From positions 121,814,064 to 121,878,063 of the forward strand of contig NC_068982.1 of NCBI RefSeq assembly GCF_001194135.2: a stretch of DNA of 64,000 bases, given 5' to 3'. The notes under the pieces were generated by a model. The model searched no databases. It saw only the letters and a program-made list of their open reading frames with translations, and was not told the origin of the DNA. The position numbers were made by a program, and so were the translations under genes. Shown here piece after piece: positions 24,922 to 36,084 of this stretch (position 1 is its first letter; each line of letters opens with the position of its first letter). This stretch comes from Octopus bimaculoides. Taxonomy: Eukaryota.

Positions 24922-25205
24922 CCCTTTTCATACCAACCCACCTGAGTATGAATATCATAATTCCATGCCTATACATATCATAAACAATGGTAGTTTTCAG
25001 ATTATTTTGTCAAATGTAATGCTTATTTATTCAGGTTGTTTTGAATTAATCATGCATCATCTCATAATTTCAAGATTTTGATGATGTGATTGCATATTTT
25101 TAAAATGACATAGTAAGATAGTTGTGAAAGGCCAGATATGGCTAGTTTGAACATGAAACAAGTAGAATATTTGGGCTGGATATGGCCAGTTTAAATGCTA
25201 AAGGG
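24922..25205. mobile_element. piggyBac-like MITE
   Basis: TTAA|CCCTTT at the left end and AAAGGG|T-TTAA at the right end. Confidence 0.6.
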
Positions 25206-25380
25206 TTTAAATAATTCTGTTCTTGAAGCATCATAATATAATCTGGTCGTAATTTGTTTCCAAATCTAACAAGACACACTCAGAAACAAGCATTAAGTCA
25301 GACTGGAGTTGTATTATGCTTAGAAACAGCTTAACAATCACCATATGTCACTGTCATATGTAGGTTGTTGTCCCATTTCC

Positions 25381-25460
25381 CATCTGATGTGAAGACCCAC
25401 TTTTCATCTGATGTCAAAACTCACTTATCATCTGATGTCATAAACCCACCTCTTATCAAA
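25381..25460. repeat. 24-bp tandem repeat, 3 to 3.5 units
   Basis: CATCTGATGT recurs at 25381, 25405 and 25429. Confidence 0.9.
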
Positions 25461-26169
25461 TGTCAAGGCTTGCACATTGCATTCAGCTATCAACATAAAC
25501 AAATTTGCTGAAGTTGCAATCAGAATCACGTCAGCCAAACTAACAAAAGTTGGATACACAAGCACCTCATTTTTCACACTTCATAATTTATAATTCCTTG
25601 AACCAGCGATTGATTCATTAAATCTCTCAATCATGTATAATGTTTGCTGTTCATGAATGCAGGTAATAAATAATAAAAAAAATTGTACAGGTGCATGCAT
25701 GTGTGTGTGTGTGTGTGTGTGTGTGTTCATGAAATTATGAGATTGTATTTAAATGTATATCAAGTAATTGCTGATCATCTATTTTCTGTTTGCAGTTTAC
25801 TTCATTTTCTGGTGGACAGAACAACCGAAGATATACTAAGAACTCTCACTGTGATTGAACACTTAACAGCAAATATCTCATTGAATACAACACACTAAAA
25901 CTTCCTAACACAAAATACTAAAAACTAAACAGCACATACTAAATAACAAGCACTAAATATAACAGACACTAAACAATATACCCCACACACTAATTTTTCA
26001 TTATCATCATGTACTTTTGGTAGGCAAGCTTTTAACATTTCACTCTAGCAATAGGTGTTTCTTACCTGACAGTATATCTGGTAACCTGCTGCCTGTCAAA
26101 GCTCTGTATACGAGATACATTCTGAAAAATTTGTCCTGGAACACCTAAATTCTACATTCCATATTGGTA

Positions 26170-26760
26170 GTAAGTGCCCTGCTTTCACACTCACACAGAA
26201 ATATTTTATGTCGCCAACGACTTGTACAGTTCAGGTTTTGTTGAAAAACTGATGGAGATCAAACCAAATCTTGCTTTTATCTCCTTTATTAAGTTGTGGT
26301 TTGCTCAAAGTGGATCCAGGGTATTTAAAATTATCTGCTTTTTCAAGCTGATGTCCTTCAGCATGATATTGGTTTTCCATTCCATATGCACCTGACTGTC
26401 TGCCCTGTGTAGTGGTAAGTTCCTGGATTTCTGCTTAACTGCCTTGCATTAAGCTGATATCATCAGCAAAACATGGGTTGTGAAGGAACCATCCTCCAAT
26501 GAAAGTGGAGTTGACAAAATCATGTGGTGTCTCCTGCATGATGTTTTCCAAGGAAGATGTTGAAAAGCATTAGAAAGAGGAGATAGCATCAATGCACTCC
26601 AAGTATTGTCCTGAAGAAGTTTGTGGTTTTGTCATTCTAGTAAACTGTATGGATTAATTTTCATACAGCGCTTGAATCACTTGACTGAGGTTGATATTGG
26701 AGTAGACGTCCCTAATCACTTGTCACAAATATGAAGGCCAAACATGATCAAAGATTTTGA
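26170..26760 (-). mobile_element. Decayed LINE RT fragment (RTE-like)
   Basis: The minus strand gives CFADDISLMQ and remnants of AFDHV and LSP.LF, with many stops. Confidence 0.7.
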
Positions 26761-26789
26761 GGTTAATGAAATGCCATACACTAAACACC

Positions 26790-27130
26790 AAATATTAAGC
26801 ACCAAACCCTAAGCATATTACCTTAAACACCACACTAAACAATCTTCCCTAAGTACTACATACTAAACATTGAACACTAGATACAACACACTCCGCACCA
26901 AAATCCTCACTAAACACCTAGAATAGAATTCAAACACAAACACCAAGCACCACACAATAAACACTACAGAATAAACACCACTCATTAAACATCACATAAT
27001 ACATGCCATACACTAAATTTGATTTACTACATATGAAACACTGAACACTAAGCATCACACACTAAACACTTCATTGGAAGCAGTAAACTCAAAACATCAC
27101 AACACTAAACACCTAAAACCATTCTAAACA
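26790..27130. repeat. Degenerate CACTAAACA-type low-complexity repeat (also 25870-25990)
   Basis: Recurrent cacactaaacac-like units. Confidence 0.7.
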
Positions 27131-27754
27131 TTGGGCCTACACGAAAATGTTTTCCTTTCAGTACTTTCTATGATGACACTACATTTTGTGTTAAGGCAGT
27201 TCTAATGATTGTCTTCCTTCAGAACTCTGCTGATATTCATAATTTCAGAAATAGAGAGAAACAGGAAGAGGAGGAAACAGAGTTAGAAACAATTCTTTGT
27301 AAAATAATTTTCTTTCACATTTTTAAGTTTGGAAAGAAGAGCTATGCCTATAAATTTTGCAGGCACTTCCAAGCTAGTGACCAATGTGTATATAAATATT
27401 GCCATAATAGCATGAGTGGATGGATGGTTTGTACAGTCATAAAGTGTTTGAATTGAATCTTTTGTCAGCTCAATAAACTAACGAAACAGAGTAATGTAAT
27501 TTTTTTCAAAGATACAATGGGTATACGAAAGTATAATTTTCATTTTGAAATCAGAATGTTAACCTCACTGCCTGTGTGTGATAACTGGCATTACAAACAC
27601 CATAGAACTGAACTTTACCCAGGTGAGTGGACCTGTCACTTGGTAAATAATAAATAATATTGCCTAGCAGTTTAACTCAACACACTCAGCATAACACATG
27701 CGTTTTGAAATTCTCTCTCTTTCTCTCTCACACTCACAAAAGTATACATAGCTA

Positions 27755-28360
27755 TATATAATAATAACAATAATCCTTGGATGGAATTGATAAACATTTA
27801 ATTCATAAATATTTCCACAAGTCAAATGTTCCTTAAGATCACAGTTCATATTCCTGAGATGATTACAGTGTAGTCCGTAGTATCCGTGGGCATTAGGTTG
27901 ATCATCTTCATGGTTTCATTTCTTCAGGCGATATAACATTAATGGATGTACAACAGAGAGATTCTTACCCCTTTTGACCAGTATGAAGGTTGAATGAGTT
28001 ATGATGTAACATTAATAGATGTACAACAGAGAGATTCTTACCCCTTTTGACCAGTATGAAGGTTGAATGAGTTATGATGTAACATTAATGGATGTACAAC
28101 AGAAGGATGCTTATCTATCCTTCATACTGGTCAAAAGGGATAAGTATCTCTTTGTTGTACATCCATTAATTTTATATCGCCTAAAGAAATGAATCCATGA
28201 AGATGATCAACCTGATGCCAACAGATACTACGGACTACACTGTTATCATCCCAGGAATACAGACTATGATCTGAAGAGACATGTGATTTGTGAAAATGCA
28301 CATAGCGATGCATTAAATGTTTATAAACTCCATCCAAGGTTTATTCTCATTATTATTATA
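27755..28360. mobile_element. Foldback/MITE with about 240-bp inverted arms and an internal 73-bp tandem duplication
   Basis: 27755-27990 aligns with the reverse complement of 28115-28360. TAACATTAAT(G/A)GATGTACAACAG recurs at 27934, 28007 and 28080. Confidence 0.9.
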
Positions 28361-28559
28361 TTTGTCCTACATTATGTCAGTACAGCTCGAAGCAACCCCC
28401 AAATCTGGCTCACCAGTCAGCGTCATTAGACTGTGGCCAGCATAATGGAATAGGAGCTTTATTTGCATATGCAAAACGTTTCCTGTAAACAAATTTAAAA
28501 GATATATGTATATATATATATATATATATATNNNNNNNNNNNNNNNNNNNNNNNNNNTA

Positions 28560-28789
28560 TTTGTTTTAGTCATTAGACTGAGGCCATGTTGGGGAACTGC
28601 CTTGAAACATTTTTAGTGAAATGAATTGACCCAAGAGCTTTTTTTTTTTCTTTTTAGCCTGGTACTTATTCTACCAATCTCTTTTGTCAAACTGCTAAGT
28701 TATTGGTATGTAAACTCACCAACACCAGTTGTTAAGTGGTGGTGGTAGGACAAACACAGACATAAATACACACACACACACACATAAAT

Positions 28790-28829
<40 letters not shown>

Positions 28830-28980
28830 GATGGGCTTATCTCAGTTTCTGTCTACCAAATCCATTCGCAAGGTTTTGGTCAACCCAAGGCTATAGTAAA
28901 AGACACTTGCCTAAGGTGTCACACAATGGGATTGAACCCAGAGCCATGTTGTTGGGAAGCAAGCTTCTTACTACAGCCAA
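28560..28980 (-). mobile_element. tRNA-derived SINE, near full length
   Basis: Aligns along its length with 58085-58497. Confidence 0.8.
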
Positions 28981-29605
28981 ACTTTACTTAATATTTTTTG
29001 TAGAGTACATATTTATTATGCTTTTACAAGAAAAGGAGTGGCTTGAAAATTTTGGTCAGCAAGCCTTTGTCAGACTGTCGTGCATTTGGGTCCCCCTTGG
29101 ATTTATAGAATTTCTGGTAAGCTGTTTTTCTGGTGTAGGAAGAGATATGTTGGATGATAAATAGGTTTTGTGTATATACATCTAGAAAGTAGATATATAG
29201 AGGAGAGTACAAGGCAAGTATATTCAGAGGAAAATTTACCACTATGAAAAAGACCAAAAGAATAAACAAACCACCAACTACTTAATCAAATGTCCAACGC
29301 CTAATCCATTACCACAACCTTTTGAAAATAAAATATTTGCTGCAATCAAGGGAATAAAATTTAACATGCAAACTAACACACTGAACAAAGAACTGAATAA
29401 ATGTGTTTGTAAAATCAGATAAAACAAGCAATCTCCACCAGATAAATCAAACTTCTTACAACTAATTCCTGTCTAACAATTTCCAACATATGTAAAATAT
29501 ATATATATTATATATGCATCTTGATATAAACACCACAGTCAAAAAGATAGTCATCAGCCAAAGATAGGGTAGACATGTTAATGCCAAAATGCTTTTATAT
29601 TACTA

Positions 29606-30389
29606 CAAAGATGGGCTGAAAGGTTCATAGGCTGATTATGAAGGAATGGTACTAAATCTGTGAAATTTTGCATGCATTAATTTCAACCCTTCTTATTAAT
29701 AACTGCATTGTTTTTTTCCAGGTAAACTGACATCTGATTGTTTAAAGCAAACTTCAAAAGTAACTAGTAGTCACTTCTCTTGAAAATGGACAAAATTTGG
29801 CACCATGATGTTATAAAGTATCTACAGAAAAAAGGTCTGTCTCTCAACAATGTTCATGCTGACATGACATTAGGGGATGACACTCCAGCTCTATCAAGAG
29901 TGCAAAAGTGAGCAGCTGAATATAGGGTCTTCAAAAAGGGTCACACCATCAGTGGAGAGCACTGTGCCAACTTGCGGAGGCAGTTATGTCAAGACCAAAC
30001 AGTCAGGAAACTGACAAAAGGGGTCTTGTTTCATCAGGACAGCGCTCCAGTGCACAAGTTCTTGCTTTCAATGACTACTGTGGTTTTGAACTGGTTGATT
30101 AGCATCCCTATTCTCCTGATTTGGCCCCATCTGATTCATCTGTTCCCTAACATGGAAAATCACTTGGCTGGGAACCAATATTGCAGTGATGATGACATCA
30201 TGTCTGCTGTTGCTATCAGTTACTTTTGAAGTTTCCTTTGAACAGTCAGTGTACCTGGAAAGAAACAATGCAGTTATTAATATCTGCATTGTTTCTTTCC
30301 AAGTATGCTGAGATAAGAAGAGTTGAAATTAATGCATGCAAATTTTCACAGCTTTAGCCCCACTCCTTCATAGTCAGTCTATGAACTCG
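29606..30389 (+). mobile_element. Internally deleted mariner with an inverted copy of its 5' end in place of the 3' end
   Basis: MDKIWHHDVIKYLQKKGL (HTH) and LTKGVLFHQDSAPVH...LFPNMENHLAG. About 29622-29765 matches the reverse complement of about 30220-30389. TA flanks. Confidence 0.85.
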
Positions 30390-30394
30390 TATAA

Positions 30395-30715
30395 AGGATC
30401 ATAAACCCAATTTCAATAACAACCTAGCTGCCAAACTAATAAACTCTTCAAATGTGGACTTGAGCATCATCAGTAAAAAAAATATCGAACAAATTCTCAT
30501 CAAGAATAAAAGCACTTGACATTACCTCTCTGGAGTCACATGTATGCTGTGATCGATTGGTCTAAGAAGAACCTGGACAAAAATAAACATCATGTCTTTC
30601 AGTTCAACATCAAAGTCTGTTGTACAACAGTAACAAAACCACTACTTAGGGCTGCTTTGAATTTTGCAAAAAAACAATGACCACTATCGACAACACTGAA
30701 ATAGAAATGCACATA
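30395..30715 (+). mobile_element. Penelope-like RT fragment
   Basis: KDHKPNFNNNLAAKLIN...IDW...FQFNIK: the PLE RT pattern KDHK.NF....RLINP and FD(I/V), degenerate. Confidence 0.7.
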
Positions 30716-30719
30716 AAAT

Positions 30720-31040
30720 ACATCATCCGAACATGGTTGATGCCAATGTCTCCTGACTGGCTCCCATACTGGTGGTATGTAAAAAGCACCATCCAAACGT
30801 GGTCGATACCAGGTTTACCTGACTGGCTCCCATGCCAGTGGCACATAAAAAGTGCCATCCAAATGTGGCCGATGCCAGTAACCCCTGACTGGCTCCCGTG
30901 CCAGTGGCATGTAAAAAGCACTATCCAAACGTGATCAATGCCAGGTCCGTCTGACTGGCTTCCATGCCAGTAGCACATAAAAAGCATCCACTACAAACTC
31001 GGTATGGTTGGCGTTAGGAAGGGCATCCAGCTGTAGAAAC
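30720..31040 (+). mobile_element. RTE-type 3' UTR with a 66-bp tandem repeat (about 4 units)
   Basis: GACTGGCT recurs at 30755, 30821, 30887 and 30953, then the shared block ttggcgttaggaagggcatccagctgtagaaac. Confidence 0.85.
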
Positions 31041-31068
31041 GTCTTTTTAGATAGTGATGTTCTCAGGT

Positions 31069-31426
31069 TGTGGAGCCATCTAATGGTGACTCCGTTCCGA
31101 AGGCCGTAATATCATTTGATGAAGGAACACAATACAATGAATTCATATAACAAGGCTGCAACATTAAATACCTTTACTCGAGGTTTCAAACAAATATACA
31201 TATAACAATAAAGGAAGGAGTTTGATGAATGGGGGCCATGCTCATCTTCTGTATACTACCTCATGTCTGCTAGCTGGCTCTCATGTCATGCACGCCAGCT
31301 AGTCACGTCTTTGCTCTCCGACGTCCCGATGCAAAAGTGGAAGTGCTAAGGCTTCGTGTTCGAATCTAACGCTCTAGTGCCAGTTTACTTAAACAGCCGC
31401 TGTCAAAGGAGGTAACTGTGCTTATA
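31069..31426 (-). repeat. Putative 3' LTR of the Gypsy element
   Basis: Begins TG at 31069 and is bordered by the complement of a polypurine tract (gccctcccct, 31427-31436). No second LTR copy is visible, so the boundary is inferred. Confidence 0.45.
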
Positions 31427-31819
31427 GCCCTCCCCTAGACCAGAAGCGATCGATTAAGAGTAATGTAGGCAAAATACGTGTGCGATAGGAGGGCACAGAA
31501 GAATGAAACATGGCAAAACAGTTGTATTAACAATGCAAAGTACAAATTTGGAGGAAACGTGCAGAAGAATGTCTGTTCTTTTAGAGAAAAATATGTGTGA
31601 CACAATTGGAACTATAGCAGAACAATTAAAAAATACAATGCAAGTATGTACAAGGAAAAACGTTCAGCAAAGAAACATGTCCAATCAAATAGGACGATGT
31701 ATATATATATATATATGTACAATGATACAGAAAGGGAAAATATGAATGCGGTGTCTATAACAAACATGAGTCTATTCTCCGGAACAGTCATTGGCGAGGC
31801 AAAGTTAAGAAATGTAAAT

Positions 31820-34800
31820 AGTCTGTGACAATTTCTTCTGCCAATGAACCTATCTGCCAAAACGTGTCCTGTAAGATGAAGAATGCGTTTGTATAGTTGG
31901 TGTTATGGTGAGTAAATGTGGTACTTGTGGGGGTGGGGGGTAGCAGTGTTTGTAGAATGATGGATGTGTCAGTATGTGGCATAAATGTTTCGGAAAAGGA
32001 ATTTTTTACTCTGTCGATAGAGACAGTCTCTTTTTTTCTCCGTGAATGTTCACAGTGAACAGTTTCGATGTGCTTCTAAGAACGCGACAGGGACCAGTGT
32101 AGGGAGGTGTGAGCGGTCCCTTGACGGCATCATTTCTTACAAACACGTGAGTCCAAGTAGAAATATCTGGAGGTACTGTAGAAGAAATAGACTGGTCACG
32201 AGGAAGCATCGGTGGTAGGTCAGCAAAGAATGACCTGAGTCGCGTGACGTAAGATGTGGGACCCACATTCGGTAAGTTAACGGGTGCCAACATTTGTTCC
32301 GGAAGTGCTAAGGTGGTGCCATACAGGAGCTCAGCGAAGGAGTAGCCTAAATCCTCAGTGACAGCTGAGCAGCACCCCAGCAAAACAATGGGGAGAAACT
32401 CGGACCGACGATGAGGATCAGGAGCCGCGCGAATAGCGGCATTAAGCTGGCGGTGGAATCGTTCCACCATTCCGTTTGCGGCGGGATGGTAATTTGTGGT
32501 GTGGATGTACTGAACTCCGAGCAATCTCGAAAGCTCACGGAACAGACAAGCTTCAAATTGGCGTCCGGAGATGAGTGCTCTGGCGACTATTTCCGCGGAA
32601 ATGTCCACAAGAGGGATGGCTTCAGGTCATCTGGAGAAACGGTCGACGCAGGTCAATATATAAGTAAATCCGCAACTGACCAGCCAAGGACCAACCAAGT
32701 CGATATGTATGTGACGGAACTTGGTGTCCGGTGGCTGGAAGTGCCCAAGAGGTGCTCTCACGTGACGATGCACCTTGGAACGCTGACATGGTAGACAGGC
32801 ACGTGACCAAGCAGTAACAGACCGACGCATATTCGGCCAGAAAAAGCGGGCAGAGATAAGCTTTACTGCGACCGCATTGACGGGGTGTGACAGTGAATGC
32901 AGTGCTTCAAAAATAGCACGACGGTGATGTTCAGGAACGAGGGGTCGTGGTGACCCGGTAGAAACATCGCAGAGAATAGTCCCATCAGAAAAAGGTTGAT
33001 GACGCGTCGACAGTGAGTGTCAATTTTGCATCCGCAATAGGATGAGCGAGGGAGGATGCTTGAGCAAGATCAGATTTGACAGATTCAAAGCTTGGATGGC
33101 TGTAGTAGACAGCGTTATCGGGGAGTCTTTTTCGTTGATCTTTCTGAGCTATTTTAAGGAAACAGGAGACAAGCGTTTGATGGCTTCCACTTTAGAAGGA
33201 AGCGGACGAATGAGATGCACCAAGAATTCCAAACTGGTAGAACCGGATACACACTTAGCCGGATTGACCTTAACAGTTGTGTTAAGTGTTGAAGTTGCTG
33301 GTCTGGAGTACCACTGGCGATTAGAAGATCATCGACATATGCGAAAACAAAGTCTAACCCACGAACGACCTCATCAATGAACCTTTGGAACGTGCTGGCC
33401 GCATTGCGAATACCAAATGGCATAGACAAAAATTTAAACGCTCCAAAAGGCATGGTGACGCGCGTACCAAGTCGATTTTTGAAAAATCTTACAGCCGTGC
33501 AGGGCAGACGAAAAATCCTGCACATTTCGTAGCGGATAGCGATCCGGAATAGTGACAGTGTTAAAACGTCTAAAATCTCCAACCGGTCGATAATCCGCTG
33601 GCCATGTGTAAAGGTGTTGCCCACGGGTTCGTGGAGGGACGAATGAGGCCTAGCTGGAGCATGTGCTCGAATTCGGCGCGGTCAGGAAGAAAACTGGAGC
33701 TCCCTTAGTCGTGATGAAATGTCTCGTGGAGTGGGCTGGATTCGACGGATGAAATGACAAATCAGTCAACTCTGGAAACGAAGCGAGTAACTTGGTGGTA
33801 AGTGTCACCCGATGCAACCACAAAGAAAGAAGGACTCACAACAGGAACAGAAGAATCCTTTCCGGAAACGGTGTGGGAGGTAGTGTCATCAGTAAGTCGG
33901 CGTCCTCTAACGTCCACAAGGAGAGAATAGTGATGTAAGAAGTCAGCACCAAGGGTGGGATAGGGCAGGTCCGCAATGACGAAGATCCACTTGAAATCCC
34001 TACGGAGTGATAAATTCAGGTTAAGAGAGATTTGTCCGTACGTTTTAATGGTGGTGTGATTCACCGCATAGAGAGATATGTCGGAAAGACCAGGATTGGT
34101 GGAAGTAAACCTTCGAGACCAAATACTCACGCTGACACCCGTATCCACCATAAAGGACTTTGAAGAAATAGCATCTCNNNNNNNNNNNNNNNNNNNNNNN
34201 NNNNNNNNNNNNNNNNNNNNNNNNNNNNNNNNNNNNNNNNNNNNNNNNNNNNNNNNNNNNNNNNNNNNNNNNNNNNNNNNNNNNNNNNNNNNNNNNNNNN
34301 NNNNNNNNNNNNNNNNNNNNNNNNNNNNNNNNNNNNNNNNNNNNNNNNNNNNNNNNNNNNNNNNNNNNNNNNNNNNNNNNNNNNNNNNNNNNNNNNNNNN
34401 NNNNNNNNNNNNNNNNNNNNNNNNNNNNNNNNNNNNNNNNNNNNNNNNNCTGTACATGCGTGAAACCTGTCGTGTCAGTTCTCCAATAGCCCGTAAGATT
34501 TCAGAGGATTGTGTGTCATCCGGAGCAGAAGAAAAAGTGCAAGCTCACGAGGAAGACGAAGAAGCAACTGCGATGACGTTATCGGCGGATGGTGATGTGC
34601 CGGAGAATTCCATAATCCTGTCTGCGGAGGCGGCGAGTTGTTCAAGGGCCGTATGTTCCATCATAGGAGCTAAAATCGATTGGACGTTAGAGGGCATCCT
34701 CGAGAAAAATAACTGTTTGACGAATGACTGCCCTTCATACGAGCTATCGGTCAACTCCCGGATCCGTCGCAAAAACTCGGTGGGAGTTCGGTCCCTGAGA

Positions 34801-35127
34801 TGCTCATCCCGCAAGAGTGTGCGAAATTTACTTTCATCCGAAGGAGAGTTACGCCTGAGAACCTCGGTTTTGAAGGATTCATACGTCATGTCCGATGGAG
34901 TTCCTATTATCACATCGCGAACTGAAAGTGCAAGAGGAGAAGGAATGCCTGTAAGTGCATTCCTTCTCCTCTGGTGTTTGCTCTGGGCCGGCTGAATATT
35001 AGAAGAAATGAAAAAAGATTCCAGTTATGAAAACCACATCTTAGCATCTCCATGAAATTGAGGCAAAGGAAAATGTCTCATCCTGAACGATAATAGTAGG
35101 CAAACACACTCTGATCGAATCTTCCAT
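31820..35127 (-). mobile_element. Ty3/Gypsy LTR retrotransposon internal region (gag, protease, RT, integrase), decayed
   Basis: gag LPQFHGDAKMWF and LRDEHLRDRTPTEFLRR; protease FMVDTGVSVS; RT MPFGIRNAASTFQRF and FAYVDDLLIAS; integrase LHSLSHP, CLPCQRSK, HIDLVGP and GMVERFHRQL; C-terminal TRFGR.VHW. Confidence 0.95.
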
Positions 35128-35379
35128 GTGTTAACATGTACCTCCTTGCGACAATGTAAACTTTCATTGAATCAAAATACCCTTGGCCAGACGTGTAGCC
35201 TGCGGTATACACCTCGCTTGGATATTGACAACTTCCGAGGTTCCGTTCGCTACGAAACATATGTAGCCCGGATTTTATCTACTCCATTCCTTAACTCTTG
35301 TGTGTATGTATACACACACACACACGCGCGCGCGCACACACACATACACAGTCGATTTCTTCCAGTAATGATTATTTCA

Positions 35380-35580
35380 AACTTTGGCAGAAGATCAGCA
35401 ATTTTAGGAGGGGTTAAGTCTATTACGTCGACTTGTTCCACTTGTACTTATTTTATTGACCTCAAGTGAATGAAAAGCAAAGTCAACCTCAGTGGAATTT
35501 GAAATCAGAACGCTAAGCCGGAAGAAATGCAGCCAAACATTTTATCCGGGATGTTAATGATTCTGCTAGCAGTCCGCCTT
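35380..35580 (-). mobile_element. Second SINE family (copies also at 53690-53870, 63380-63510, 24010-24090, 3590-3720)
   Basis: Shared ...tacttattttattgacc...gaaaggcaaagtcaacc...gaatttgaactcagaac block. Confidence 0.75.
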
Positions 35581-36084
35581 ATTTCTTCGAGAAATAATGA
35601 CGAAGAGAGATACAGTAAGAATTAGAAGAACCTAATGAAAGTCGAAAGACAAATTGACTTGAATGGGATTAAAACTAAAAGTACAGACAGTCGAAAGTAC
35701 AGACCCCAAAAAATTCTGTCCGACGTTCTAAACTCCACCGACCGCTGCCATATTGTTTACAGTTTTTATAAGCTCTATTAAATTAATTCAGAACATTCTA
35801 TGATTTCACTGGAATTTTTCATTAATTTCTCAAGAGAAAAAGTCGTATCAAGTATTGACAAGAAAAACGCAATATTGGCACAAAAAATATGAAAGTATAT
35901 GTTTACAATATATGTATTACCAATTGCCACGTCTCAGTCTAACTTTACATCAACCGACTAAGCTCTAGTCCTTACGACACCAGCCTCTGAGAGATAATTT
36001 TTATTTCATTGTACGCATAAACTCTTAGTATGGCAACGCCCGACCTCTTTATCGCTGAATCATCGAAACACAATATGTATGTAA

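Noticed and set aside
27934-28102. Regularly spaced repeats that could suggest a CRISPR array (also 11921-12180 and 30720-30990)
   Set aside because: The units are contiguous tandem copies with no unique spacers, there are no cas genes, and the context is eukaryotic.
30646-30987. ORFs with repeated CHWHGSQSG / PDWLPCQWH peptides
   Set aside because: Produced by the 66-bp LINE 3' UTR minisatellite, whose period happens to be a multiple of three.
34078-34995. 305-aa + strand ORF
   Set aside because: Antisense shadow of Gypsy gag/protease, plus a gap.
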